Origin: Clostridia bacterium
Lineage (GTDB): Bacteria; Bacillota; Clostridia; Oscillospirales; CAG-272
DNA length: 64,000 nt
Direction: 5' to 3'
Assembly (NCBI GenBank): GCA_017612655.1
Contig: JAGAFM010000047.1
Coordinates: forward strand, 10,478-74,477
Shown piece after piece: positions 17,969-27,555 of this stretch. The position numbers and the translations under genes were made by a program. Position 1 is the stretch's first letter, and every line of letters starts with the position of its first letter. A model generated the notes under the pieces. The model saw only the letters and a list, made by a program, of their open reading frames with translations. It was not told the origin of the DNA and searched no databases.

Positions 17969-18919
17969 TCAGAAGGAACTGACCGCCGAGAGGATGTGAA
18001 GCGTTCGGATCTCGGGATCCCGGATCCCGCTGTCGACCTCATAGGCACTCTCCGCGAGCGGAAGATCCGGCCTGCAAAGACCCTGGTTCGCGCTTTCCGC
18101 GGAAAGAATCCGCGCGATATCCTCCATCACCTGACGTTTGGTCTCTGCCTCTTCCGCATTGTCTGTCGTCAGCAGATATTCCAAGGAATCAGCCAGTCCG
18201 CTGAACGGTGCGGGAAGGCGGGTGCGCATTGCGCGAAATCCCCATTTGTAGTAGGGCTGATAGATCTGACAAAGCAGAAACGAAGCCTGCATGGTTCCCC
18301 GGACAAATTCCGTTACCGCCAGCTGCGCGGCGCCGGTTTCTCCGTGTCCGATACAGCGCCGGTAGGCATACTGGCCAGACTGGGCGGCGCTCAGCAGATT
18401 CCCGGCGAGCCGTTTCCGCCTGATCTCTTCCGGAAACCGGGAAATCCGCTTCCGAGTCTCGGTGAAAACGCCGGAATCGTCCCGATAAATCTCCCCGTTG
18501 GTCACTTCTGCAAGAGAATAAGACGGAATTGTCACCCAGTGCCGGACGGAAAGAACGCCGTCCGGCTCTCCTGTTTTTTCCGTCAGGAAGTCGGAAATCC
18601 GGATCACGCCGTGACGGTTTCCCCCGACCGGAGAAACCTGCAGCCTCTGAAAGCCGGCGAAAGAATCCGGAAGGCGGGAGTAAGCCCGCTCCAGCAAAAA
18701 GGCGTCCCTGCGTGAAACAAGGTCCTCGGAAGGCAGAAACAGGCAGAAACCGGGTTCGAAATCATGATCCTGAGACAGTTCATCGTCAAAGCCGAAACAC
18801 TCCGAGCCGCTTCCGCAGAGGCCTGCAGCGATCAGAGGAAGCAGGTGGGGAAACGACTGTTCCAGCATCGGCTTTCCGAATTCCTCGTAGTACCGTCTGG
18901 ACAGCTCAAGCCCCTGCAT
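17969..18919 (-). CDS. DUF4037-like protein (nucleotidyltransferase-fold family, function unknown)
   Basis: 316-aa ORF. The N-terminus (LELSRRYYEEFGKPML...GSGSECFGFDDELSQDHD) matches what I recall of DUF4037. The family assignment is from memory only. Confidence 0.55.
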   Translation of the reverse strand: MQGLELSRRYYEEFGKPMLEQSFPHLLPLIAAGLCGSGSECFGFDDELSQDHDFEPGFCLFLPSEDLVSRRDAFLLERAYSRLPDSFAGFQRLQVSPVGGNRHGVIRISDFLTEKTGEPDGVLSVRHWVTIPSYSLAEVTNGEIYRDDSGVFTETRKRISRFPEEIRRKRLAGNLLSAAQSGQYAYRRCIGHGETGAAQLAVTEFVRGTMQASFLLCQIYQPYYKWGFRAMRTRLPAPFSGLADSLEYLLTTDNAEEAETKRQVMEDIARILSAESANQGLCRPDLPLAESAYEVDSGIRDPEIRTLHILSAVSSF

Positions 18920-19745
18920 ACAGCGCCTCCGCCCGTTCTTTCAGTTCCTGTTCCCGAAGAAACCAACCGTAATACCCAAAGACCGGTGCGCACTTTTCAC
19001 ACACGAAGGCATACTCTCCGTCTCTCGGGATGAGCGGACTCTCGAGAAGCCCTGAGGCCTTCTCAAGGTAGTCCCCAATTTCCGGCTCGCCCTCCTCCAG
19101 GCCTTTCTCCGCTTCCGTGCAGGAAGCAAGGTTCAGATAGGTGACAGCCATCTCTTTCTCGCCCCCGGGACATCCCGACATCACGGAGAGCGCTTTGGAA
19201 AACAGTTCCGCGGCCTCACGGTACCGGGCGAGGGCGGTCAGTGTCAGCGCCATGTTGTTGTAGAGTCCGCCTAGGCGTTCGTCACCCGGAGACAACTCAC
19301 CCTCATACAGCGTTCTGGCCTTTTCAAACAAGACGACTGCGCGACCGGGGTCTTCAAACGCCTGAAAGACCGTCGCGGCGTTCACAAGTGTGGTTCCCGC
19401 GGTTACGGACTGTTTCATTTCGAGCAGCTCAACAAGTTCCAGCGCGCGCTCCGCATTTTCAAAGGCCTCTTCCTTCCTGCCTGCTTTGCGGAAAAACCCC
19501 ATTCTTTCGTTCCGCAGAAACAGTTCACCGCGAAGATCCCTTCCCTCCTTCGCCTCCCGGAGCCAATAGTCCAGGTGCCTTTCAGCGGATTCCGTATCGT
19601 TTCGGGCATAATCCGCATCCAGCCTTTCCAGGATCCGGTCAATCGGTATCGAACGAATTGGAGGTTCATTCTGAAAAGCGTCCGTGCAGAACGGACAGCC
19701 AGGATCCATGTAGTCTGTAATGTCAAGAGGACGATTCGCCATCAC
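18906..19745 (-). CDS. Tetratricopeptide-repeat protein
   Basis: 279-aa ORF with repeated TPR-like A/L/Y-rich helices (...YNNMALTLTALARYREAAELFSKAL...). It overlaps the DUF4037-like gene by 14 nt. Confidence 0.6.
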   Translation of the reverse strand: MMANRPLDITDYMDPGCPFCTDAFQNEPPIRSIPIDRILERLDADYARNDTESAERHLDYWLREAKEGRDLRGELFLRNERMGFFRKAGRKEEAFENAERALELVELLEMKQSVTAGTTLVNAATVFQAFEDPGRAVVLFEKARTLYEGELSPGDERLGGLYNNMALTLTALARYREAAELFSKALSVMSGCPGGEKEMAVTYLNLASCTEAEKGLEEGEPEIGDYLEKASGLLESPLIPRDGEYAFVCEKCAPVFGYYGWFLREQELKERAEALYAGA

Positions 19746-19889
19746 GCTTCTCCTTTTCTTGCGATCCCGTATTCTCTGAAGCCGAAAAAGAAAGACAGCC
19801 GGGAATAGAAGATACGATAATGAGGCAGAGTCTCATCAAAAACCTGCATCGTGCCGCGTATCCTTCCTGCTGTCCGTCTGCTTATGCGG

Positions 19890-20819
19890 TTACTGAAACA
19901 GAATGGTACTGAAATACCGTTCTCCCGTATCCGGAAGAATCGTAACGACGGTTTTTCCCGGCCCGAGTTCCTGGGCCAGACGGAGTGCGGTCGTCACGTT
20001 GGTTCCGCTGGAGATTCCGCACATCAGTCCCTCTTCCCGCATCAGTCTCCGGGAGGTTTCCATTGCCTCCGCGTCCGTGACGATGTCGATATGGGTGAAG
20101 ATGTTCCGATTGAGGTTGCCCGGTATCAGTCCGTCTCCGATTCCCATCTGCAGGTGGGTACCGACGCTTCCGCCGGAAAGAATCGCCGCGTTTTCCGGTT
20201 CGGATGCCCAGACTACCAGATCCGGATTCGCTTCCTTAAGCCGTTCTCCGATTCCGGAAAGTGTCCCTCCCGTTCCGACGCCGGAGCAGAAGCCGTGGAC
20301 GGGTTTTCCCTCCATCTGACGCAGGATTTCCTCGGCCGTGTAATTACGCTGCGCATACGGATTGTCCGGATTGTCAAACTGCCCCGGGACCCAGACCCGC
20401 GAATCGACGCGCGCCATCTCCTCGGCAGTTTCGATGCATTTCTGAATGCATGCGCCTATGTCCCCGTCGTCATGAATCAGCACCAGTTCCGCCCCGTATG
20501 CACGGACCAGTTTTCTCCGTTCTTCGCTGACAGAATCAGGCATAATGATTCGCACATGCCATCCGCGAACCGCGCCGATTAATGCCAGCCCGATTCCCTG
20601 GTTCCCGCTTGTCGGCTCCACGATGATGGAGTCTTTTGTGATTTCTCCGCGCTGCTCGGCGCGGTCCAGCATGCAGAAAGCAGTGCGGGTTTTGATGGAT
20701 CCCCCCACATTGACGGCCTCATACTTTACGAGGATCTCAGCTCCTCCTTCTGCGACAACCCGGTTCAGCCGGATCAGCGGAGTGTTTCCAAGCGCGTCAA
20801 GGACAGAATTGCAGATCAT
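19890..20819 (-). CDS. cysK: Cysteine synthase A (O-acetylserine sulfhydrylase)
   Basis: PLP-enzyme motifs are present (GNTPLIRL, the PLP-lysine motif SIKTR, TSGNQG, GTGGT). The ORF track extends to 20891, up to the tRNA. The ATG at 20819 (MICNSVLDALGNTPLI) gives the normal ~309-aa length. Confidence 0.9.
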   Translation of the reverse strand: MICNSVLDALGNTPLIRLNRVVAEGGAEILVKYEAVNVGGSIKTRTAFCMLDRAEQRGEITKDSIIVEPTSGNQGIGLALIGAVRGWHVRIIMPDSVSEERRKLVRAYGAELVLIHDDGDIGACIQKCIETAEEMARVDSRVWVPGQFDNPDNPYAQRNYTAEEILRQMEGKPVHGFCSGVGTGGTLSGIGERLKEANPDLVVWASEPENAAILSGGSVGTHLQMGIGDGLIPGNLNRNIFTHIDIVTDAEAMETSRRLMREEGLMCGISSGTNVTTALRLAQELGPGKTVVTILPDTGERYFSTILFQ

Positions 20820-20893
20820 GGCGAACCCCTTTCCTCGTTCTTGATCTTCCCCAAGGGAAAAAGAAGCGGCCTGTATCAACAAACCGCCCAAAA

Positions 20894-20979
20894 TGCCGGA
20901 AACCGGGCTTGAACCGGTACGAGAGGTTAGTCCCGCGGGATTTTAAGTCCCGTGCGTCTACCAATTCCGCCATTCCGGC
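20894..20979 (-). tRNA. tRNA-Leu (anticodon UAA)
   Basis: Minus strand reads GCCGGAATGGCGGAATTGGTAGACGCACGGGACTTAAAATCCCGCGGGACTAACCTCTCGTACCGGTTCAAGCCCGGTTTCCGGCA. It has a 7-bp acceptor stem, anticodon loop CTTAAAA, a long variable arm and a GTTCAAG T-loop. No CCA is encoded. Confidence 0.92.
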
Positions 20980-20994
20980 AGGAATGTGGCGATT

Positions 20995-21023
20995 ATGGTA
21001 TCATATTTCCTCTGAAATGTCAA
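20995..21023 (-). promoter_or_regulatory. Promoter for tRNA-Leu (TTGACA-17 nt-TACCAT)
   Basis: Minus strand reads cTTGACAtttcagaggaaatatgaTACCAT. The -10 ends about 15 nt upstream of the tRNA 5' end. Confidence 0.5.
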
Positions 21024-21179
21024 GATTCGCACAAAAAAAACGGATTGAGGCCGCAAAAAACGGTCCACGCGAAAGGCGCGCCTCAAAAGAACCGCTGCAA
21101 TGGAAACCTTTCCGAAAAAGTTTTCTATTTATCTGTACAAAACCGTTTCCATATGTTATAATTGAGGATGGATTGTTAT

Positions 21180-22142
21180 ATGGAAGGAAAATGTGAGAAA
21201 GGCATGAAGCAAGACAGCCGAACCCGTTCCGGGAAACCCGGTTCCACCCGTTCCGGGCCGCGGAATCATTCGGATTTCAAAGGATACAACAACAGTTACA
21301 CCCGGTATCCTGCCTCCCGTGCGACAACCGGGGAGAAGGCAGCATCCAAACCTGAGGAGAAGAGCGAAGAATCCAGAGAGACCGGAGCGGTAATCGGAAG
21401 GAACGCGGTTCGGGAGTTGCTCCGTTCCGGACTTCCCGTTGACAAAATATTCGTCTCCCGCGGGGAACGCGAGGGCTCCATCACCATGCTCGTCTCGATG
21501 GCCCTCGAGCAGAAGATCCCCGTCATCGAAGTGGACCGCAGAAAGCTGGATCTTCTGTCCGGATCGATTCCTCATCAGGGCATCGTCGCAATGGCTGCGC
21601 AGAAAGAATACTGCTCGGTCGAAGACATTCTGGAAATCTCCCGCACACGGGGAGAGCCGCCCCTGATCGTCATCGCGGATAACATCAACGACCCCAACAA
21701 TCTCGGAGCGCTGATCCGGTGCGCGGAAGGCGCCGGGGCTCACGGTGTCATCATTCCGAAGCGTCACTCGACGGGAATCTCTCCTGCCGTAATCCGGGCT
21801 TCGGCAGGCGCATCGGAACACATGGCCATCGCAAAAGTCACCAATATCGCGCAAACGCTGGAAGAACTCAAAAAGCTGGGGATCTGGACTTACGCAGCGG
21901 AGGCAGACGGAACTCCTTACGACCAAACCGATTTCGCAGGGCCCTGCGCACTCGTCTTCGGGAGCGAAGGCGAGGGGATATCCCAGAACGTACGTTCCCA
22001 CTGCGACTTCACGGTATCCATTCCCATGTACGGAAAAATCAACTCTCTCAATGTCTCGGCAGCGGCGGCTATCATCACCTACTCGGCAAAACAGGCTCAG
22101 GTGAGACAGCGGGCGTCCGGTCCGGCAGATCCTATCAAATAA
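21180..22142 (+). CDS. rlmB: 23S rRNA (guanosine-2'-O)-methyltransferase, TrmH/SpoU family
   Basis: SPOUT motifs are present (NLGALIRCAEGAGAHGVI, LVFGSEGEGIS, IPMYGKINSLNVS) behind a basic low-complexity N-terminus. The ATG at 21180 has a GAGGA RBS, while the track ORF starts at a TTG at 21162. The larger antisense ORF 21156-22238 is rejected. Confidence 0.85.
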   Translation: MEGKCEKGMKQDSRTRSGKPGSTRSGPRNHSDFKGYNNSYTRYPASRATTGEKAASKPEEKSEESRETGAVIGRNAVRELLRSGLPVDKIFVSRGEREGSITMLVSMALEQKIPVIEVDRRKLDLLSGSIPHQGIVAMAAQKEYCSVEDILEISRTRGEPPLIVIADNINDPNNLGALIRCAEGAGAHGVIIPKRHSTGISPAVIRASAGASEHMAIAKVTNIAQTLEELKKLGIWTYAAEADGTPYDQTDFAGPCALVFGSEGEGISQNVRSHCDFTVSIPMYGKINSLNVSAAAAIITYSAKQAQVRQRASGPADPIK

Positions 22143-22160
22143 GAAAGGTCGGTGCAACGT

Positions 22161-25115
22161 ATGACTTCTACTCCGGAGAACGATTTCGTCAGCATGTCTG
22201 ATGCACTGCGGCAGAAACTGGAAGAAGGCCTCCGGCAAAACGAATCGGACCAGGATCTGCTTACCGCAGATGCGGAAGCAGAACAGCCATCGGACACAGA
22301 CCTGGACACGTTTCGCGAGAGCGACGTGGAAAACTACGAAGAAAAGAAAAGAATCGCGGATGCCGTGGCGGCGTCTGTTTCCGACGAAGAGGTTTCCGAC
22401 GAGGAACTGGAGGAAATCCTGCGCCGTTATCTGTCCAGCAACGGGACAACCGTTGTCAAGGGCGCTGTCGCGACGCCTGAACCTCAGGAAAAACCCAGTT
22501 CAGAGGCAGAAGAGCATCCCGCAGCGGAGCCGGCTGAGGCAGAAGGTGCCGACCTGGAAAAAGATATCGAAGATCTTCTGAACGGCTTTGAGTTTCCGGA
22601 CGCGGATGAGTCCGAAGACGGTGAACCCGGGGACGAAACAAAATCTCACGAGGTCGCGGAAAGCGTCTCCGATTTCTCGGAAGAGGAAGAACCCGTAGAA
22701 GAGGTAATCTACGAGGAACCCGTTCAGAACGAAGAATCTGCAGAGCAGCCCCAGGAAGAAGCATCCGAAGAGGCCGGTTCGGGCGAGACTGACGACGGGA
22801 ATCTTCCCGAAGACACTACCAACGAACCCGTTTCGGATGAAGATTCCTCCCAGGAACCGATCCTTGATATCCCGAACCCGGAGGAACCGCTGAGTCTGGA
22901 AGATCCGTTTGTCGCAGAAACCTCAATGGAGGAACCTCAGGAAGAGATTCTCTCCGAGGGGGAGCCGGCTGAAGTTCCTTCGGAAACGGAGGAAGGGGTG
23001 TCCGGTTCCGAACAGGCGGACGAGCGCTCCGAAGCAGAAGAGATACCCGAAGGGTCCCCTGCTGCCGCCGTACAGGAAACAGATGCCAAAGACTCCGCTC
23101 CTTCCGACGAAGCCGATCTTTCCGAGGAGGATCTCGGAGAGCTCGGAGATCTTCTGGAAGGCATTTCGGAGGGCCCGGATGAAAAAGCCCCCGACAGAGC
23201 AGTGCAGGAAAAAGACGATACCGCCGTCGAGGGAATCGATCAGACCGATATCGACCTTGCAATTGCGTTCGGCCTGGAAAACGAACTGGAAAAGGAGAGA
23301 GACGGGAAAGAGGCGGATCTCGTTCACCGGGCGATCGGTGCAGGCAGACGCCGTCACATCAACGAGCTGCGTTCCTCCGAAAGAACCACGACCCCCAGCT
23401 CCCATGCGGAATACGTTTCCTCCTCTCAAAACAAAGAGATTTTCGCGGAATATAAGAAGAAGTACGAATCGGTTCTGCTGCGGCTTGCCGCTGCGGTGAT
23501 TCTCACCATCCTGCTGTTCTTCCTGGAAAACAACACCCTGCTCGGGATTACCCTTCCCTCCTTCCTGAACCGCGAAATGTACCCCATCGTCTACGTCCTG
23601 ATCGATCTCCAAATTGTTCTCCTTCTCGCAGCTCTGATCGGCAATTCCCTGAAATCCGGCATCAAATCTCTCTTTTCGAAACGTCCGATGCCGGAAAGTC
23701 TCACGGTTACTCTTCTGATCGGAGCAGCTGTTTATACGGCAGTCATTGCTTCTCTTTGCCCCATGCACGGACTCCAGATGTATAATTTCCCGATTTCGTT
23801 CGCGATTCTGCTTCACCTGATTGCTGAATTCATGAATCTGCGGCGCGAAATCATGACCTTCAAAATCATCTCCTCCCGGAAACTGAAATACGTCGTGGAT
23901 TCGATCTCCGGAGAAGAAACCAAAGCAGAAGTCAGTCTCTTTTCCAAATATCTCATGGATGACCCCTCCATGTTCCGGATCAAGCAGACCGAGTTCGTCG
24001 ACCATTACTTCCGGAGGACAGAAGCCTACCCGGTCAGCCGGCTGGCTCTACGGCTCGCCATCCCGGTCGGTGTTCTGATCGCGCTCGTGTTCTTCTGCGT
24101 TCAGTTCGTCATGACGAGGCAGCTCTATACTTCGCTGAACACCTCCTACATCTCCCTGTTCCTGACGCTGCCCGCCGGAACCCTGTTGGCCCTGTCCTAT
24201 CCGATGTATCATGCATCCCGGATCTCCTATGACCGCGACAGTGCGTTTATCGGCGAAGCAAGCCTAGGCGAGTATGCAGACGCTTCGGTCGTTACCTTTG
24301 ACGACAAGGAAGTGTTCCCCGGACGTCTTGCAAGAATTCAAAATGTTCGGATGTACGGAGATTCGCGCATCGACCATGTTATGTATGCCGCAGCCAGTGT
24401 CTTTCATGCGGTAGGCGGCCCTCTCGCCGAAGTATTTGAAACGGCTTCCGGAGAAATCGGATACGCTTCCGATGTAACGCTGGTATCCATTCAGGAAGAC
24501 GGTATCGAGGCGAAGCTGGGCGAAGATACCGTGCTTTGCGGGAAGTGCTCCTTCATGAACCGTTACGGGTACGAGATCAGACAGAGCGAAAGCGAGATAA
24601 CCGGGGAGAAATCGGGAGAGCGACCCATGCTGTACGTGGCTCTCCGGAACAGCATGGCTGCAGCGTTCAGTCTGAGGTATGCTGTGGAGCCTGATTTTGA
24701 ACTGGTTCTGAAGCAGCTGTACCGCCAGAATGTCTGCGTCGGAATCAAGACCAGCGATCCAAATATTGACGACAATCTGCTCGCGCAGAAGATTAAACTC
24801 TCCAAGTATCCGATCCGGATTATCAAGTGCGCTCAACCCGAGGAGACGGAAATCGTAGTGGAGCGGATGTCTTCGGGCATCGTATCACGCTCCGGCGCCA
24901 AGGCCCTTCTTCAGACTCTCGCAATGTGCGAGCGGATCCTCTCCGCGAACCGGACCAACCGGATCATCCGCGTTCTTTCCATTCTCCTGGCCGTTGCGGC
25001 AATTGCCGCCTTTGTAGCGCTCAGGATTTCTCCCAACATCGCACCCATCTGGATTGTGCTGTATCAGCTGTTCTGGTGTATCCCCGTCGTCATACTGTCC
25101 CGATACACCATCTGA
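22161..25115 (+). CDS. Large membrane protein: polyacidic N-terminal region plus degenerate (motif-less) P1B-type ATPase-like body
   Basis: About 985 aa. The first ~420 aa are Asp/Glu/Ser/Pro-rich. The remainder aligns colinearly by eye with the CopA at 44624-47188, but CPC is LPA, DKTGT is DDKEV, and TGES and GDGxND are absent. See findings. Confidence 0.6.
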   Translation: MTSTPENDFVSMSDALRQKLEEGLRQNESDQDLLTADAEAEQPSDTDLDTFRESDVENYEEKKRIADAVAASVSDEEVSDEELEEILRRYLSSNGTTVVKGAVATPEPQEKPSSEAEEHPAAEPAEAEGADLEKDIEDLLNGFEFPDADESEDGEPGDETKSHEVAESVSDFSEEEEPVEEVIYEEPVQNEESAEQPQEEASEEAGSGETDDGNLPEDTTNEPVSDEDSSQEPILDIPNPEEPLSLEDPFVAETSMEEPQEEILSEGEPAEVPSETEEGVSGSEQADERSEAEEIPEGSPAAAVQETDAKDSAPSDEADLSEEDLGELGDLLEGISEGPDEKAPDRAVQEKDDTAVEGIDQTDIDLAIAFGLENELEKERDGKEADLVHRAIGAGRRRHINELRSSERTTTPSSHAEYVSSSQNKEIFAEYKKKYESVLLRLAAAVILTILLFFLENNTLLGITLPSFLNREMYPIVYVLIDLQIVLLLAALIGNSLKSGIKSLFSKRPMPESLTVTLLIGAAVYTAVIASLCPMHGLQMYNFPISFAILLHLIAEFMNLRREIMTFKIISSRKLKYVVDSISGEETKAEVSLFSKYLMDDPSMFRIKQTEFVDHYFRRTEAYPVSRLALRLAIPVGVLIALVFFCVQFVMTRQLYTSLNTSYISLFLTLPAGTLLALSYPMYHASRISYDRDSAFIGEASLGEYADASVVTFDDKEVFPGRLARIQNVRMYGDSRIDHVMYAAASVFHAVGGPLAEVFETASGEIGYASDVTLVSIQEDGIEAKLGEDTVLCGKCSFMNRYGYEIRQSESEITGEKSGERPMLYVALRNSMAAAFSLRYAVEPDFELVLKQLYRQNVCVGIKTSDPNIDDNLLAQKIKLSKYPIRIIKCAQPEETEIVVERMSSGIVSRSGAKALLQTLAMCERILSANRTNRIIRVLSILLAVAAIAAFVALRISPNIAPIWIVLYQLFWCIPVVILSRYTI

Positions 25116-25147
25116 AAGCAGACGCTCTGTACAGAAGCAGCAGCAAA

Positions 25148-25193
25148 AACCCCGGAATGACCTGCCGAGCAATCGGTGGGTTCTTCCGGGGTT
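25148..25193 (-). terminator. Hairpin terminator after the hydrolase/mgtE unit
   Basis: aaccccggaa (25148-25157) pairs with ttccggggtt (25184-25193). On the minus strand it is followed by TTTTGCTGCTGC. The 26-nt loop is large, so this is only moderately convincing. Confidence 0.45.
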
Positions 25194-25218
25194 AACTGTT
25201 AAAGAAACCGTTTAGTTG

Positions 25219-25872
25219 TCAAATCGCATCTGCCAGCCACTCGATCAGATCGCTCTGCTCATAGGCCGGAACCCAGCTGCCGTGTCCGACCCTGTCGTAA
25301 GCGGTCAGAGAAATCTCTATGCCGTTACCGCGTGCAGCCTCCACCATGACCTGAGAATAGTAAAACGGGACACAAGCATCATCCAGTCCGTGATAGACAC
25401 GAATCCGTCCGCTCTTAAGCGCTCCCGCCCGCCAGGACATTCCTCCTCCGCAGATCGGTGCGCCGCGGTAGAACATCTCCGGGAAAGTCGTCAGAAGTTC
25501 CCACGTTCCGAAGCCTCCCATAGAGAGGCCCGTCACACTGATCCGGCCTTTGTCAGCGTTCAGGTCCTCCGCTACCGCTTCAATCCATTCTTTGACCTGA
25601 TAGGCGAGATGATTCCAAACCATTCCTTCCGGACACTGGGGGGACGCGGTAATTACGCGCAGGCCGTGGTAATCCGGATTGGCGCAAAACAGCTTCGCGA
25701 TCCCGTGAACCTTTACCAATTCCAAATCCGTTCCGCGCTCCCCTGCGCCATGGAGAAACAAAATGAGCGGAAGCCTCTCCTTTGCAGGATCGAATCCGGT
25801 CGGAACCGTAACCCATCCGGTCAGATCGCCCGCGACCGGAACCTTTCTGGTATACACCGAAACAGAATCCAT
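25219..25872 (-). CDS. Alpha/beta-hydrolase (carboxylesterase/dienelactone hydrolase-like)
   Basis: It has the LFLHGAGERG oxyanion region and a GLSMGG nucleophile elbow. The ATG at 25872 (MDSVSVYT...) has a GGGAGG RBS and avoids overlap with mgtE. The track ORF runs to 25992. Confidence 0.8.
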   Translation of the reverse strand: MDSVSVYTRKVPVAGDLTGWVTVPTGFDPAKERLPLILFLHGAGERGTDLELVKVHGIAKLFCANPDYHGLRVITASPQCPEGMVWNHLAYQVKEWIEAVAEDLNADKGRISVTGLSMGGFGTWELLTTFPEMFYRGAPICGGGMSWRAGALKSGRIRVYHGLDDACVPFYYSQVMVEAARGNGIEISLTAYDRVGHGSWVPAYEQSDLIEWLADAI

Positions 25873-25936
25873 AAGTACCTCCCACGCCGGAGAGACGGAC
25901 AAGGGATCCGTTCCTCCGTCTCTGAAATCGAAAAAA

Positions 25937-27289
25937 CTAGGATAGCAAGAGAGTTGCGACCCGGAAATATACGGCCAGCGCCAATGCGTCAACTATCGTA
26001 GTAATAAACGGACTTGCCATGACAGCCGGGTCAAATCCGATCCGCTTTGCAAGAATCGGGAGCAGACACCCTACGATCTTTGCGATGAAAACGACTGCAA
26101 CCAGCGTGATGCAGACGACCGCCGCCACCTGGACAGCCACCTGATCCACCACCAGTATTTTCACAAAATTGGCAGCTGCAAGAGTCAAACCGCAGAGGAG
26201 AGAAACACGGATCTCCTTCCAAAGAACCGAAAGCCAGTCGGAAAAGGAGATCTCTCCCAAAGAAAGACCACGGATGATAGTCACCGAAGACTGTCCTCCG
26301 GCATTTCCTCCTGTGTCCATCAGCATCGGGATAAAGGCCGTCAGGACGACATAGCGGGAAAGAGCGTCTTCAGCGGAAGTTATGATTTTTCCGGTAAAGG
26401 TCGCGGATATCATCAGCAGAAGAAGCCAGGGGATGCGCTGCTTCCAGGTTGCAAAAACGCCGGTTTTCAGATAGGTCTTCTCAGACGGCAGAATAGCCGC
26501 CATTTTTTCCATGTCCTCCGTCGCCTCTTCCGTCAGGACGTCGATAGCGTCATCGAACGTGACGATACCGACCAGACGATCCTCGTTATCCACGACGGGA
26601 AGCGCCAGAAAACCGTATTTATTCAGGGTCTGTGCCACATCTTCCTTGTCATCCGTGGTCCGACAGAAGACCACATTTTCTTCCATCAGATCTCCAACCG
26701 TCATGTTGCGGGAACAAAGAAGAAGCTGCTGTACGGAAACCACGCCCTGCAGTTTCCGGTTCCGGTCAATCACATAACAGGTATAAATGGTCTCTTTGTC
26801 GTAACCGTTTTCCCGAATGTGATCGAAAGCCTGATCGATCGTCATCTCTCGGGAAAGGTCGACAAACTCGACCGTCATGATGCTTCCCGCACTGTCTGCG
26901 GGATACTGAAGGATTTCGTTGATTGACTTTCTCATTTCGGGCGAGACGTACTGAATCATACGCCGCACCACGTTGGCAGGCATTTCTTCGATGATGTCGA
27001 CGGTATCGTCGACATACAACTCATCAATGACCGCCTTCAATTCACTGTCCGAAAACGCTGTAATCAGCTTTTTCTGCTGTTCGCTGTCCATTTCCACAAA
27101 CGTGTCTGCCGCCAGCGTTTTCGGCAGCAGACGAAACAGAAGCGTCACGTCTTCGATCGGAAGCTCCTCAAACAGAAGCGCGATATCAGCTGGCATCATT
27201 TCCTTGATGATGCCGTACAGTTTCGCATACTTCTTTTCGGATAGGAGTTCCTTTGCCTCCTCGGCAATCTGGTTCAGGTCGTCCTGCAT
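25937..27289 (-). CDS. mgtE: Magnesium transporter MgtE
   Basis: 450-aa ORF with the MgtE N-domain, tandem CBS domains and a 5-TM C-terminal channel domain (GNAGGQS motif). Confidence 0.93.
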   Translation of the reverse strand: MQDDLNQIAEEAKELLSEKKYAKLYGIIKEMMPADIALLFEELPIEDVTLLFRLLPKTLAADTFVEMDSEQQKKLITAFSDSELKAVIDELYVDDTVDIIEEMPANVVRRMIQYVSPEMRKSINEILQYPADSAGSIMTVEFVDLSREMTIDQAFDHIRENGYDKETIYTCYVIDRNRKLQGVVSVQQLLLCSRNMTVGDLMEENVVFCRTTDDKEDVAQTLNKYGFLALPVVDNEDRLVGIVTFDDAIDVLTEEATEDMEKMAAILPSEKTYLKTGVFATWKQRIPWLLLLMISATFTGKIITSAEDALSRYVVLTAFIPMLMDTGGNAGGQSSVTIIRGLSLGEISFSDWLSVLWKEIRVSLLCGLTLAAANFVKILVVDQVAVQVAAVVCITLVAVVFIAKIVGCLLPILAKRIGFDPAVMASPFITTIVDALALAVYFRVATLLLS

Positions 27290-27374
27290 TGCAGTTCCTC
27301 CTCAAGTTCATTCCCGGTTTTCTGGGGTGTGCGAAGATGCGTTGGAATGATTGTAGGTAGGAAGTACGAACGGT

Positions 27375-27555
27375 ATCAGAGATACCGCCTCAGGCGCAAA
27401 GCGGGATCAAGCAAGAATACGCCGTCAGAAAACAATTCTCTTGGAGAGACCGGAAAACACGTCGAACGGCGCGCCCCCGGTCGTGCGCTCTCGCCCACCC
27501 GGTTTTGCACCGCTACTACCTCCTGCGTCCATCCGGCTCTCACCTCTCTTTGCTG
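27375..27555 (-). promoter_or_regulatory. Probable M-box (ykoK) Mg2+ riboswitch in the mgtE leader
   Basis: Minus strand reads ...AGAGGUGAGAGCCGGAUGGACGCAGG...GAGAGCGCACGACCGGGG...UCUUGCUUGAUCC...GCGCCUGAGGCGGUAUC. It is colinear with the B. subtilis mgtE M-box blocks AGGUGAGGC, GACGCUAAUGGG, GCUUGUCC and GUGCUAAAGCUCUAC. A hairpin CGGTATCtctGATACCG follows. The comparison is by eye from memory of the consensus. Confidence 0.6.

Noticed and set aside
21156-22238. 360-aa minus-strand ORF, longer than the overlapping plus-strand ORF
   Set aside because: The plus-strand product carries clear SpoU/TrmH methyltransferase motifs. The minus-strand product is Arg/Cys/Gly-rich with no similarity to anything I recognise. 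It is codon-aligned shadow.
22923-24005. 360-aa minus-strand ORF inside the large acidic/ATPase-like gene
   Set aside because: It is a codon-aligned antisense shadow with no independent signals.
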